Shown one piece after another: positions 54,649-63,845 of a DNA stretch of 63,845 bases. The stretch lies in assembly GCA_964403985.1 (NCBI GenBank), contig CAYOIL010000001.1, forward strand, positions 1 to 63,845. Reading direction: 5' to 3'. The notes beneath the pieces were generated by a model. The model worked only from the letters and a program-made list of their open reading frames with translations. It had not been told where the DNA came from and made no database searches. Made by a program: the position numbers and the translations under genes. Position 1 is the first letter of the stretch. Every line of letters begins with the position of its first letter. This stretch comes from an uncultured Saprospiraceae bacterium (GTDB taxonomy: Bacteria > Bacteroidota > Bacteroidia > Chitinophagales > Saprospiraceae).

Positions 54649-55991
54649 TGGAAGTACTTGCATTAATTTTATTTATTTCCATTTTTATAACCATCCTTAA
54701 AGGATATCCTGTCTCTTTTACGCTAGGAGGCTTATCAATTTTATTCGCAATTGCCTGTTCTATTTTTGCTCCTGATTTTGTTGACATGCGAGATATGCGG
54801 TTACTTTCTAATAGAATTTTTGGGGTTGTAAATAATTATGTTTTAATGGCTGTTCCTCTTTTTATATTTATGGGGATCATGTTAGAAAAGTCTGGAATTG
54901 CTGAAGGATTGCTAGATACTATGGCTGTTTTATTTGGCAAAGTCAAAGGTGGTCTGGCAATTTCTGTAATAGTTGTAGGCGCTCTTTTGGCTGCTTCAAC
55001 AGGAATTGTAGGAGCGACTGTTGTTACAATGGGCCTCATAAGTCTGCCGACATTATTAAAAAGAGGATATAGTGTTTCTTTAGCCACTGGAACAATTGCA
55101 GCAAGTGGGACATTGGGTGTAATTATACCACCGTCTATTTTATTGGTTTTGTTGGCGGATACAATTAATAGCAGTAATAGAGGTGGAAGCCCTGTTGATG
55201 TAGGCCTTATGTTTAAAGCAGCCTTATTACCAGGTTTGTTTTTGGTTTTGTGTTATATATTATATGTTTTCATTAAAGCAAGAATTAGTCCTCATGAAGC
55301 ACCTGTTCTTTCCAACAAAGAAATAGCATCTTTTAAAAGTGAGAACTACACAAAGAAATTAGTCCAAGCTTTCGTTTTGCCTCTTTTATTAATTGCACTG
55401 GTCCTAGGCTCTATATTTGCAGGTATTGCTTCTCCTACAGAAGCCGCTGCAGTGGGAGCGATGGGAGCAATTTTGTTGACTTTGGTCAAAAGAAAATTAA
55501 GCTTTAAAATTCTGCAAGAGGTAGGAACCCAAACAGTCCATCTTACGAGTATGGTGTTTTTTATATTGCTCGGAGCAACCACATTTGCTTTCTTGTTTAG
55601 ACTGCTAGGTGGCGATGATTTATTGATTGATTTTGTTCAAAACGCCAATTTCACACCCTATATGTTTTTGATTGTTGTAATGATTATTTTATTTATCGCA
55701 GGCTTCTTTATTGATTTTATTGAAATCATTTTTATCATGGTTCCTATTATCACTCCATTGTTTAATGCTTTTGAACTTGATATGCTATGGGTTGGGGTTT
55801 TAATTGCTTTGAACTTGCAAACATCTTTCCTTACACCACCATTTGGTTTCTCTTTGTTTTATTTGAAAGGGGTTGCACCTCCTGAAGTGAAAACGAAAGA
55901 TATTTATAAAGGTATAGTTCCTTTTATTGCAATTCAAGCAGGAGTGATACTATTAATTATATTATTTCCTCAGTTAATTCGATTGATTTAA
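54648..55991 (+). CDS. TRAP transporter large permease (DctM-type)
   Basis: 447 aa with about 12 TM spans and DctM-like blocks (MAVPLFIFMGIMLEKSGIAE, IIPPSILLVL, TPPFGFSLFYLKGVAP). Confidence 0.85.
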   Translation: MEVLALILFISIFITILKGYPVSFTLGGLSILFAIACSIFAPDFVDMRDMRLLSNRIFGVVNNYVLMAVPLFIFMGIMLEKSGIAEGLLDTMAVLFGKVKGGLAISVIVVGALLAASTGIVGATVVTMGLISLPTLLKRGYSVSLATGTIAASGTLGVIIPPSILLVLLADTINSSNRGGSPVDVGLMFKAALLPGLFLVLCYILYVFIKARISPHEAPVLSNKEIASFKSENYTKKLVQAFVLPLLLIALVLGSIFAGIASPTEAAAVGAMGAILLTLVKRKLSFKILQEVGTQTVHLTSMVFFILLGATTFAFLFRLLGGDDLLIDFVQNANFTPYMFLIVVMIILFIAGFFIDFIEIIFIMVPIITPLFNAFELDMLWVGVLIALNLQTSFLTPPFGFSLFYLKGVAPPEVKTKDIYKGIVPFIAIQAGVILLIILFPQLIRLI

Positions 55992-56031
55992 TTTTGAATA
56001 CCTCAAATCATATTGTTTAGAAAAAGAATAC

Positions 56032-56826
56032 ATGAATTATATTGACGTCAATAAAGACTCGTGGAATAAACGAGTAGAACCACATTTAGAATCTGATTTT
56101 TACAATGTGGAAGAATTTATAAAAGGCAAATCATCCTTAAATTCAATAGAATTAGAGCTGTTAGGTGAAGTTAGCAGCAAGAAAATATTACACCTTCAAT
56201 GTCATTTTGGACAAGATACAATGTCCCTTTCTCGAATGGGGGCTGAATGTGTTGGAGTAGATTTTTCAGACAAAGCACTAGAAGCGGCCAATGAGTTAAG
56301 AGATAAACTTGAGCTAAAGACTAGATTTATCTGTTCCGATATTTATGATTTGGATAAATCCAAAATTGATGAAGAGTTTGATATTGTGTTTACAAGTTAT
56401 GGAACGATTGGATGGTTGCCGGATCTAAATAAATGGGCAGAAGTTGTTCGTACGTTTTTAAAACCTGGAGGACAATTTATAATTGCAGAGTTCCATCCTA
56501 CAATTTGGATGTTTAATGACGCGTTCACTGAAGTTACATATAGTTATTTCAATAAGGAAAAGATTGAAGAAGTCGAAGAGGGCAGCTATACGGATAAAAG
56601 CGAACATCTTAGGACAAAGTTTATAACATGGAATCATGGTTTGTCTGAGGTGTATAATGCATTGAAAAACAATGGTTTAAGGCTTGAAGAATTCCATGAA
56701 TTCGATTATTCTCCTTACAACTGTTTAGATGATATGATAGAACCCCAAAAAGGAAAGTTTATGATAAATGGGAAAAAGGGGAAATTTCCGATGGTTTATA
56801 GTATGAAATGGATTTGTGAGGAATAG
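56032..56826 (+). CDS. Class I SAM-dependent methyltransferase
   Basis: Motif I ILHLQCHFGQD, motif post-I VGVDFSDKA and motif II FDIVFTS. Confidence 0.8.
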   Translation: MNYIDVNKDSWNKRVEPHLESDFYNVEEFIKGKSSLNSIELELLGEVSSKKILHLQCHFGQDTMSLSRMGAECVGVDFSDKALEAANELRDKLELKTRFICSDIYDLDKSKIDEEFDIVFTSYGTIGWLPDLNKWAEVVRTFLKPGGQFIIAEFHPTIWMFNDAFTEVTYSYFNKEKIEEVEEGSYTDKSEHLRTKFITWNHGLSEVYNALKNNGLRLEEFHEFDYSPYNCLDDMIEPQKGKFMINGKKGKFPMVYSMKWICEE

Positions 56827-57014
56827 TAAGATGAATATTAAGGATTAATCAACATATATTTTATCTTTCATATGTTAAAAAACAGTAATATTTCTATTAA
56901 TTTTTGGAATAGTTTTTGATAAATTATAGTATTGTGGTACTGTTGAAATGTCAAATCCCAAATTTGATTCAACTTGAGAACATAAACCTTACTAATCTTA
57001 AACCGATTTTTATT

Positions 57015-57242
57015 ATGTCAACTAATCCTATTAGCTTGCATTCTCATGCAAGATTTGTTAGCAAACTTTATTCATTAACTGGTCCTCAAGAGAATTTACC
57101 TGAAATTCTTATCAATGTACTTGATATAGAAGAAGACGCAATCCGTCAAAAATTAAACGGGGGAGTAGAATTTACTAAAAACGAAATTTTATTGATTCGT
57201 GATTATTTCAAAAATGCGTCACTTTTACATAAGACAGCATAG
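57015..57242 (+). CDS. Small hypothetical protein (75 aa)
   Basis: An ORF only. The internal Met was chosen because the first 33 codons of the tracked ORF are low-complexity intergenic-like sequence. Confidence 0.3.
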   Translation: MSTNPISLHSHARFVSKLYSLTGPQENLPEILINVLDIEEDAIRQKLNGGVEFTKNEILLIRDYFKNASLLHKTA

Positions 57243-57273
57243 ATTCTTTACAATAAGGTCTAGAAATTAGATA

Positions 57274-58431
57274 CTATATTTTACTATCCTTTAACCAGCC
57301 TAGAGCGGTTCTCATTTTTTGATATATGTCTGTATTTTCATAAAATCCAGTAAACAAATCACTCATTGGGCCGGCACTAAAAACTGGAATAAGGTCAGCG
57401 GTATGATAATCAGATGTAAATTGCATGTCTAGTTTATTAAAGCTAGATCCTTTATTTATAGCTAAACCTCCTGTTTCATGATCAGCCGTCACTATGACTA
57501 ATGTCTCTGGATGTTCTTTTGTATAATTTAAAACAACATCAATAACTTTATCGAAGTCAATCATTTCTTGTACGATGTAATTCCCTTTATTCGCATGTCC
57601 TCCCCAGTCAATTTGTGCCCCTTCAATCATCAAGAAAAACCCTTGTTCGTCTTGACATTTATGATCTAAAAAGTCTATCGCTTTTTCGGCAGCTAAAGGC
57701 AAATAATCCCTTCCTTGCTCAACACTTAAAGGATCTTTGTCAGCAGTAAAGTAACCTACTTTATCATGCTCCCTAAAATTGATTTCATTCAACTCTTCAT
57801 CGAAATAATTACTCATATAATAACCTTTAGCTTGTAATTCCGAAGTTAGATTCCTTTCATCTGCTCGTCTTTCGAAAAACATATTTCCTCCTCCTATGAA
57901 TAAATCAATATCTGTTTTTAGAAAGTCTAAGGCTATTTCTTCATAATTTCTTCTTAATCTGTTATGTGCAATAAATGATGCTGGAGTAGCATGTACAATT
58001 GTTGAACTTGTTACCATTCCTGTTAAATACCCACGATCTTCTGCTTCCTCCAAGATTGAATAGGCAGGTAAAGTATCTGGCCCTACACCAATAGCGCCAT
58101 TATATGTTTTTTTGCCACAAGCAAATGCCGTTGCTCCAGCAGCAGAATCTGTCACTAAATTATCATAGGCATAGTTTTTATGAAAACCTATCTTTTTGAA
58201 TTGTTCTAATGAAAGTTTATTCCCATTTGAATATAAGCCAGCTGTAATTTGCGAAACACCCATTCCGTCTCCAATTAGAAGAATTACATTTTGGGCGAAA
58301 GCCCCATCATCCAAACTAGGTAAAATCGTCGTGTTGTCTCCAGTGGGTTGATAACCAACAAACTGTTGTGATGTGCATGCAAAAAATAGAAGAATAAAAA
58401 ACAAATAAGTTATTGTAAAAGAAGCCTTCAT
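57274..58431 (-). CDS. Alkaline phosphatase (PhoA family)
   Basis: Active-site VTDSAAGATAF (nucleophilic Ser), metal ligands DWGGH and ADHETGG, and a signal peptide. Confidence 0.92.
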   Translation of the reverse strand: MKASFTITYLFFILLFFACTSQQFVGYQPTGDNTTILPSLDDGAFAQNVILLIGDGMGVSQITAGLYSNGNKLSLEQFKKIGFHKNYAYDNLVTDSAAGATAFACGKKTYNGAIGVGPDTLPAYSILEEAEDRGYLTGMVTSSTIVHATPASFIAHNRLRRNYEEIALDFLKTDIDLFIGGGNMFFERRADERNLTSELQAKGYYMSNYFDEELNEINFREHDKVGYFTADKDPLSVEQGRDYLPLAAEKAIDFLDHKCQDEQGFFLMIEGAQIDWGGHANKGNYIVQEMIDFDKVIDVVLNYTKEHPETLVIVTADHETGGLAINKGSSFNKLDMQFTSDYHTADLIPVFSAGPMSDLFTGFYENTDIYQKMRTALGWLKDSKI

Positions 58432-58574
58432 TGATTTTTTTTATGCAAATATAACTGAATACTAGGTCTATTTCGCTTTGTTGTCAACACGAATCAAAAT
58501 TAAGCAATCAGTAATTTTATTGTATTCTATAATAGGTATTAAAAAACGCAGAACAACACGGACTTCAAGGAGGA

Positions 58575-59666
58575 TTAAATACAAATATATCTTTTTCCAG
58601 GGAGCGATTTAATTAGCCCTTTAAGTTCTAATTGTAATAAATCAGCTGCCAGTTTGGATGTTGGCCGAGAGGTAATTGCACTGATTTGATCTATGTGAGA
58701 TTCACCATTTTTCCTAATTGAATGAATTATTTCAGATTGTCCATCCGTTAATTCGGGAAATAATTTTCCTTGGGAGACTTTCGTTGGCTTTCCCCATCGC
58801 ATAATATATTCTAGATCTTTATGTTCTTCATACATATGCGCTCTATGAGATTTTATTAATAGATTACAACCTTCAGAATAATTGTCTCCTGGCCTTCCTG
58901 GAATGGCAAACACATCCTTTCCATATTCATTAGCGAAATTAGCAGTGATTAATGATCCTCCTTTTTTTGCTGATTCTACAACAATCAGAGCATCACACAT
59001 AGAGGCAACAATTCTATTTCGCATAGGAAAAAGCTCTCTTATCATTTCTGTGCCCGAAGGAAATTCGGTAAGTATTCCTCCTTCACCTAGCATTTTTTTC
59101 GCTGTGCTTGCGTGTTCACTTGGGTACAGGTTGTCAAGACCATGAGCGACTACACCTACAGTTGGTAAGCCAAATCGTAAGGCCATTTTATGGGCGGCAA
59201 TGTCAATGCCATAAGCTAAACCACTAACTATCAAACATTGATGATCAACAAGAGATTCGGCAATTTTTTGGCAATGAATTTTTCCTTGTTCAGTGCAATT
59301 TCGAGTACCGACGATAGAAACGATCTTGTGTGCATTGAGATCTGTATTTCCTCTGAAAAACAATAGTCTTGGCGTATTGTCATAATACAAAATTCGTTGC
59401 GGAAACGCTTTTTCATTAAAATTCAAAATGGAAATACCGTGTTTTTCACAATACTTAAATTCTTTCTCTGCTTGCGCCATTGTAGATCGATTCAATATAG
59501 ATTCAATGGCCTTTTTTTGAGAAATATGCTCTTTTAATTCTTCCTCTTTAAGAGTATAAACAACCTCCGCGGAGCTATACTCCTCTATTAGACTTGTGTA
59601 AGTTGAAGGACCTAGACCTTTAACAAAATTTAAAGCAAGCTGATATGTTTTTTCTGTTTGATCCAT
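58575..59666 (-). CDS. dprA: DNA-processing protein DprA (Smf)
   Basis: Rossmann-like core IVSGLAYGIDIAAH, ...GVVAHGLDNLYP..., LIVVESAKKGGSLITA, and a C-terminal winged-helix-like tail. Confidence 0.9.
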   Translation of the reverse strand: MDQTEKTYQLALNFVKGLGPSTYTSLIEEYSSAEVVYTLKEEELKEHISQKKAIESILNRSTMAQAEKEFKYCEKHGISILNFNEKAFPQRILYYDNTPRLLFFRGNTDLNAHKIVSIVGTRNCTEQGKIHCQKIAESLVDHQCLIVSGLAYGIDIAAHKMALRFGLPTVGVVAHGLDNLYPSEHASTAKKMLGEGGILTEFPSGTEMIRELFPMRNRIVASMCDALIVVESAKKGGSLITANFANEYGKDVFAIPGRPGDNYSEGCNLLIKSHRAHMYEEHKDLEYIMRWGKPTKVSQGKLFPELTDGQSEIIHSIRKNGESHIDQISAITSRPTSKLAADLLQLELKGLIKSLPGKRYICI

Positions 59667-61591
59667 TATTTGTTTTGATAGGAAGGATCGATTTGAACGG
59701 CTTTGCTTAAGAATTTATTACTTTGATTTTCGTTTCCAGCAAGCCTGTATGCTTTTGAAATAGCCCAATTTATTTTTGCATTATTGGGCTCTTTTATTAA
59801 TCCGTAATTTAGGAATTTTAATCCCCAGTCATAATTTCTTTTCTCCAATGTCAAGATTTCATATCCTGATTCATAAAAGAAATCCATTAATTTTTGGTCA
59901 TCTACTCTGTTGTCTAGGTATTCTATATATTCATGTAAAAAACTGAGACTAGGTCGATGCGGAACGATTTCTTTGAATGTATTTAATAATGCATCAATAT
60001 CCCCATTCATTTTATATAATTCGGCAGCAATACCAGCTTTCATAATATTCGCATTCGTGTATGAAGGCAATAGACTTGCTGATTTATTAGCATACATGTT
60101 TGCTTCGGTTAAAACATTTAATTTTTCACTTCTATCAGAAATCGTTTTTGCACTTTCAAATAATGCGGTTGCCATAAAAGTATTAGCTCGAGCACTATTT
60201 TTGGAAATTTTTACAGCGGCTGTATTAAGTGTTAATGGACTCTGCCACACCTGGGCTCTGTTAAAAGTAACTGCAAAAAATACAAGTGAAATAACTCCTA
60301 CAACAATAGGTGTAACTAAAGACGGAAGATTGAATTTTTTAACTATTTGGGTTAAACCCAAAACTAAAAAGATGCTTGTCGCAATCGTAGGAACGAATAA
60401 AAATCGCTCGTTCATTGTTGTCCCTAAATTGATTAAAATATTAGAATAAATACTAAGTGATGCGATATATATAAAGATTATGTAAGCCCAAATGTTTCTT
60501 TTCTTAAAGTTAATTGCAGCATAAATTGCCATAGCAAAATGAATAATTACACTTAGCAAAACGAATATATTTCCCCATCCAACCCTAGGAATTTGGAAAG
60601 GATAATAATCATGAGTTAACGGATAAGGAACAAAGCTTAGACCTAAATACTTTAAAAGGACATAAAAAATAGTTGCCATTCTTTCCATAAAACTCATTCC
60701 TAAGAATGGGTTATTCATAATGTCGTTAACCTCTATATCAGTTAGTAAATATCCTATCGCATCATATCGAAGAATAAGATATCCAACAAAAGATAAAAAC
60801 ATTGCAGCCATGATTAGCATCATTTTTTTAGGATTTGGTGCCCTGAAAAAATATAGAGTTGCTGGTATAATTGCTAAAAAGGTAATGGTATTTTCTTTTG
60901 ATAATAAGCCAAGGAAAAAGCATACAGCCAATGCTAATAGTTTGAGAATTTTCAAACGGTCCTTATTAAAATAGGATAAGCTCAAAAGCAAACAAGACAA
61001 AGAAAATACTAGAGACATAATTTCGTCTCTACTTTTAATATTTGCTACGACTTCTGCATGAACAGGGGCGACTAACCATAATACCCCAATTAACAAAGGA
61101 AGAGAAAGCCATGCTTTTTTGTCTGTTTTAATAATTTTACCTAGAAAAATGAAAAGTAGAAAACCACAAAGACCGTATAAAATAATGTTGAAAAGGTGAT
61201 TTATTCTTGGGTTTAAGCCACCAAATAATTCATATTCTATTGCAAACGTTACCATAGATAATGGTCGATATCTTGCTCCTGGTATCAAATCTTTTTGTTC
61301 TCCAAAGTATCCAACAAAGCTTTCACTATGTAATAATTTAGGAATTCCAGATAAGCCTTGTTTTACAAAATTATTTTCACTTACTACAATTTGATCATCT
61401 AGAACAAATTCATAAGGTAATGTTTGAACGTATTGAGCGAATGCTAATGCAAAGGCTACAAGAAGAGAAATAATTATATAATTTCTTGAAATAACAAAAT
61501 CCGTTGCTTTAGGAAGAGTATTTTGCTTCTTGCTATTTGGCGTTGCTTTTACAGCCTTTTTAGAGGACTTGGAGTTTTTCTTTTTGCTCAT
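59666..61591 (-). CDS. Second TMTC-like GT-C glycosyltransferase with C-terminal TPR repeats (paralog of 21125-23038)
   Basis: YEFVLDDQIVVSENNF and ARYRPLSMVTFAIEYE align with the paralog. It has a multi-TM core and a TPR tail. The stop overlaps the dprA start by 1 nt (TAATG). Confidence 0.7.
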   Translation of the reverse strand: MSKKKNSKSSKKAVKATPNSKKQNTLPKATDFVISRNYIIISLLVAFALAFAQYVQTLPYEFVLDDQIVVSENNFVKQGLSGIPKLLHSESFVGYFGEQKDLIPGARYRPLSMVTFAIEYELFGGLNPRINHLFNIILYGLCGFLLFIFLGKIIKTDKKAWLSLPLLIGVLWLVAPVHAEVVANIKSRDEIMSLVFSLSCLLLSLSYFNKDRLKILKLLALAVCFFLGLLSKENTITFLAIIPATLYFFRAPNPKKMMLIMAAMFLSFVGYLILRYDAIGYLLTDIEVNDIMNNPFLGMSFMERMATIFYVLLKYLGLSFVPYPLTHDYYPFQIPRVGWGNIFVLLSVIIHFAMAIYAAINFKKRNIWAYIIFIYIASLSIYSNILINLGTTMNERFLFVPTIATSIFLVLGLTQIVKKFNLPSLVTPIVVGVISLVFFAVTFNRAQVWQSPLTLNTAAVKISKNSARANTFMATALFESAKTISDRSEKLNVLTEANMYANKSASLLPSYTNANIMKAGIAAELYKMNGDIDALLNTFKEIVPHRPSLSFLHEYIEYLDNRVDDQKLMDFFYESGYEILTLEKRNYDWGLKFLNYGLIKEPNNAKINWAISKAYRLAGNENQSNKFLSKAVQIDPSYQNK

Positions 61592-61667
61592 GCTTTAAAT
61601 AAAGGACACACGAATATACGGTTTATCGAAAAATATCCTTTTTTTTACATAAAATTTTACAAATTAG

Positions 61668-62348
61668 ATGGGCCGAATATTAAGTGTGATATTTCTATTG
61701 TGTTATTTGTCGTTTAATTTAAACGCACAGCTTAACCTAAAGATAGGCTATGAGTCAGCGTTTATATCAAGTAAGCAGAATAAGATAGTTGTAGATCAAT
61801 TTAATTCTATTTATGCGGAAGAACTTTCTCAAGGAAAAGAATTGCAAAATTTAGGTTTTGCCAATGGACTTACTTTGGGTGTTTTGTATAAGTGGGAAAA
61901 TGCCCGAATAAGTGCAAACTGGCATAGTGCTTTCCGAAAAAGAGAAGCATTCGGTGAAATAAATGATCCTCCGGAAAGCTTCGAAAGAGAGGTGAGATAT
62001 AGAATGAGTGGACTTAGCCTACAATGTGAGTTTGTCTACGATAGATATAGTATAGGATTTGGTCCAGGAAGGGATGTTTTCCAAATGACGAGTGTAATAG
62101 GTGGAAGTAGTAACGATAAAACCTTAATGAATGAAGTCGTATATAATGTGCGATTCAATTTGGGGATTCGTTTATTTTCAACGGAACGAGTTTCAGTTCT
62201 TATTGAACCATATTATACATTTTTATTGAACGACCTTGATCATACAGGTGAATTTGAGTTTTTTGATTCTCCTACAATTCCTGATGATGTATTTGATAGA
62301 CCACATTATTTTGGCGTACAACTCTTGTTTTATAACGGTCTACAGTAG
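61668..62348 (+). CDS. Putative outer-membrane beta-barrel protein, unknown function
   Basis: Signal peptide (LSFNLNAQ), alternating-hydrophobicity strands and an aromatic-rich C-terminus (VQLLFYNGLQ). Confidence 0.45.
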   Translation: MGRILSVIFLLCYLSFNLNAQLNLKIGYESAFISSKQNKIVVDQFNSIYAEELSQGKELQNLGFANGLTLGVLYKWENARISANWHSAFRKREAFGEINDPPESFEREVRYRMSGLSLQCEFVYDRYSIGFGPGRDVFQMTSVIGGSSNDKTLMNEVVYNVRFNLGIRLFSTERVSVLIEPYYTFLLNDLDHTGEFEFFDSPTIPDDVFDRPHYFGVQLLFYNGLQ

Positions 62349-62430
62349 GTGTAAAACGTATTGTTTTAAATAAATCTATAAATTCGTAAAAATTTTTCAA
62401 GGTAACTCTTGCATAATGAAAGATTTATCT

Positions 62431-62438
62431 TATTTTTG
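62431..62438 (+). promoter_or_regulatory. Candidate -7 promoter box TATTTTTG for rpsT, with TTG at 62409-62411 as the -33 element
   Basis: Matches TAnnTTTG, with 19-nt spacing to the upstream TTG, 25 nt upstream of the rpsT ATG. Confidence 0.4.
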
Positions 62439-62462
62439 CGCTCCAAATTAAAATTAAATAAC

Positions 62463-62714
62463 ATGGCAAATCATAAGTCAGCGTTAAAGAGAGTTAGACA
62501 AGATGCTAAAAAGAGACTTCATAACAGATACTACAAAAAGTCTGCTAGAACGGCTATAAAGAATCTTCGTGAAATGACAGATAAGAAAGAAGCAGAAACT
62601 TTCTTACCTAAAGTTATCGGTATGATCGATAAACTAGCGAAGCATAATTCTGTACATAAAAATAAAGCAGCTAACTTAAAAAGCAAGCTTACTAAGTTTG
62701 TAGCTGCCCTTTAA
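62463..62714 (+). CDS. rpsT: 30S ribosomal protein S20
   Basis: MANHKSALKRVRQDAKKRLHNR... is the canonical S20 N-terminus. I used the internal Met rather than the longer tracked ORF. Confidence 0.93.
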   Translation: MANHKSALKRVRQDAKKRLHNRYYKKSARTAIKNLREMTDKKEAETFLPKVIGMIDKLAKHNSVHKNKAANLKSKLTKFVAAL

Positions 62715-62739
62715 GATAAACGGCTTCCTAAGCTAATGC

Positions 62740-62771
62740 AGGCTATCTTCTAATGGAGATAGCCTTTTTTT
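62740..62771 (+). terminator. Intrinsic terminator after rpsT
   Basis: GGCTATCT-loop-AGATAGCC followed by TTTTTTT. Confidence 0.8.
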
Positions 62772-62821
62772 ATTAGCTAATTTTAAATTTTAGCAAATGG
62801 TTTTTAGTAGTAATTTATATG

Positions 62822-63845
62822 CTAGTAAACATAAGTTCCTGAACCAGGACTCCATTTTCCTGATGTTTTAATTAGATTTATTAACATAGGAGTCAAAGGG
62901 CTATCTTTTCCTTTTATAATTTTAAAGTCTGAAGGAACTCCATTTTGTCCTACAGTAAAATCAAGTTGAATATTACTTGAGGCATTTTGCGAAATCAAGG
63001 ATGATTCCACTAGTGAATTAAATTTATCCCATCCCATTTCTGGAGAAGAAATTCCTGCTATTCCATTACCGACCACAACAACTTCACTTAATAATGCACC
63101 TTCCTGCATTTGAACCGTAAACTCTTCTCGAAGTGGGATTTCAATAGATTTAAAGCCAGTATAAGAAACTAAAGCCCTTGGCTTATCGATAAAAACATCT
63201 GATATTTCTACTTTACCATCATAATCTGTAATGTAGCCTTTGTCTGTTCCTAAAACAACAATACTAACACCTATTAAAGGCTCATTATATTGGTCTGTTA
63301 TTATTCCTTTATAAATTGGAGAACGATTGCTTTCGTTCTCTACTTGTGCACTTGCCCCATCAAAGCGTTCCATAGTTGGCTGTTGCTTTTTGGCTTTGGC
63401 TGAAACAGGTGCTGATGATTTTCTTTCAGGACTATATTCAGTGTTGAGATCGCCTTGTAGGACATCGCTATCCATTTCTTCCATAATTTCTTCTTCTGCA
63501 AAAACATCGTCATAATCTTTAGGTATAGATTGAGAAGGACGATTGGCAAAGTCTCCACCTTGGTCAGTGTCGCTATATTTCTCTTCTACTACTGCAGGTG
63601 GTGGAATAATTTTAACTGGTGGTTTTGTAGCACCACTATTTTCTTTTTGAGTGACTACTATTTTCTTTTCTTGTTCCCTATCATCACTTTGATTAGTTGT
63701 ATTTACTACTTCACTTTGAGTGATAGTTTCATTTTTAAGTTCTATTGTTTCATTGCTAGCCTCATCTTCAGTGAACTCTATGTCTTTTGCTTCTTTTGCT
63801 TCTTTTGCTTTTGAAGCATCTGCAAAGACGGGATCATTGCCGAGA
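62822..63845 (-). CDS. TonB-like protein with a Pro-rich spacer, a carboxypeptidase-regulatory-like domain and a C-terminal TonB-C-like domain (5' end outside the window)
   Basis: The reading frame stays open upstream of the tracked Met at 63484 all the way to the window edge (my translation reads ...KAKEAKEAKD...KPPVKIIPPPAVVEEKY...). The CarbopepD_reg-like block is GIITDQYNEPLIGVSIVVLGTDKGYITDYDGKVEI. Confidence 0.55.
   Translation of the reverse strand, partial: LGNDPVFADASKAKEAKEAKDIEFTEDEASNETIELKNETITQSEVVNTTNQSDDREQEKKIVVTQKENSGATKPPVKIIPPPAVVEEKYSDTDQGGDFANRPSQSIPKDYDDVFAEEEIMEEMDSDVLQGDLNTEYSPERKSSAPVSAKAKKQQPTMERFDGASAQVENESNRSPIYKGIITDQYNEPLIGVSIVVLGTDKGYITDYDGKVEISDVFIDKPRALVSYTGFKSIEIPLREEFTVQMQEGALLSEVVVVGNGIAGISSPEMGWDKFNSLVESSLISQNASSNIQLDFTVGQNGVPSDFKIIKGKDSPLTPMLINLIKTSGKWSPGSGTYVY

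Noticed and set aside
63530-63814. 94-aa Phe/Cys-rich plus-strand ORF near the window end
   Set aside because: It is antisense to the open TonB-like frame. Its composition is the complement of a Lys/Glu-rich repeat.
63780-63815. Short tandem repeat CTTTTGCTT x3, checked as a possible CRISPR-like or microsatellite feature
   Set aside because: There are only three 9-bp units, and they encode the KEAKEAKEA low-complexity segment of the TonB-like protein. No spacer structure is present, and no CRISPR array occurs anywhere in the window.

Overview
Low-GC chromosomal segment of a Bacteroidota (Flavobacteriia-like) genome. Supporting this are several proteins with type A or type B T9SS C-terminal sorting domains, TAnnTTTG-type -7 promoter boxes, and tightly packed genes without obvious Shine-Dalgarno spacing. 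I support about 50 CDS, one tRNA(CAU), one cobalamin riboswitch, a few intrinsic terminators, and two kinds of non-coding repeat. Most of the window is housekeeping: ssb-recA, dinB, an FeS-type photolyase, proC, sdaA, a prfA-holB-PSP1-lpd-pabB-pabC string, rpsT, dprA, alkaline phosphatase and TRAP permease genes. I saw no CRISPR array, transposase, integrase, reverse transcriptase or recognisable defence genes. The best candidates for undescribed biology are: (1) a translationally coupled five-gene minus-strand operon (25095-31796) encoding a polytopic membrane protein, an RnfD/NqrB-like membrane domain fused to a seven-repeat FG-GAP/ASPIC propeller, a Rieske non-heme-iron oxygenase, an orphan 244-aa protein and a GH3-type adenylating ligase; (2) a TMTC-like GT-C/TPR glycosyltransferase operon that ends in a polyprenyl-phosphate GT2, with a second TMTC-like paralog coupled to dprA; (3) a roughly 197-nt rod-like structured element present twice in inverted orientation (2198-2394 and 24097-24295) with compensatory base changes; (4) a B12-riboswitch-btuB locus whose accessory gene is a T9SS-sorted DUF4465-like protein. 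All functional calls come from reading motifs in the supplied translations. No database search was run.
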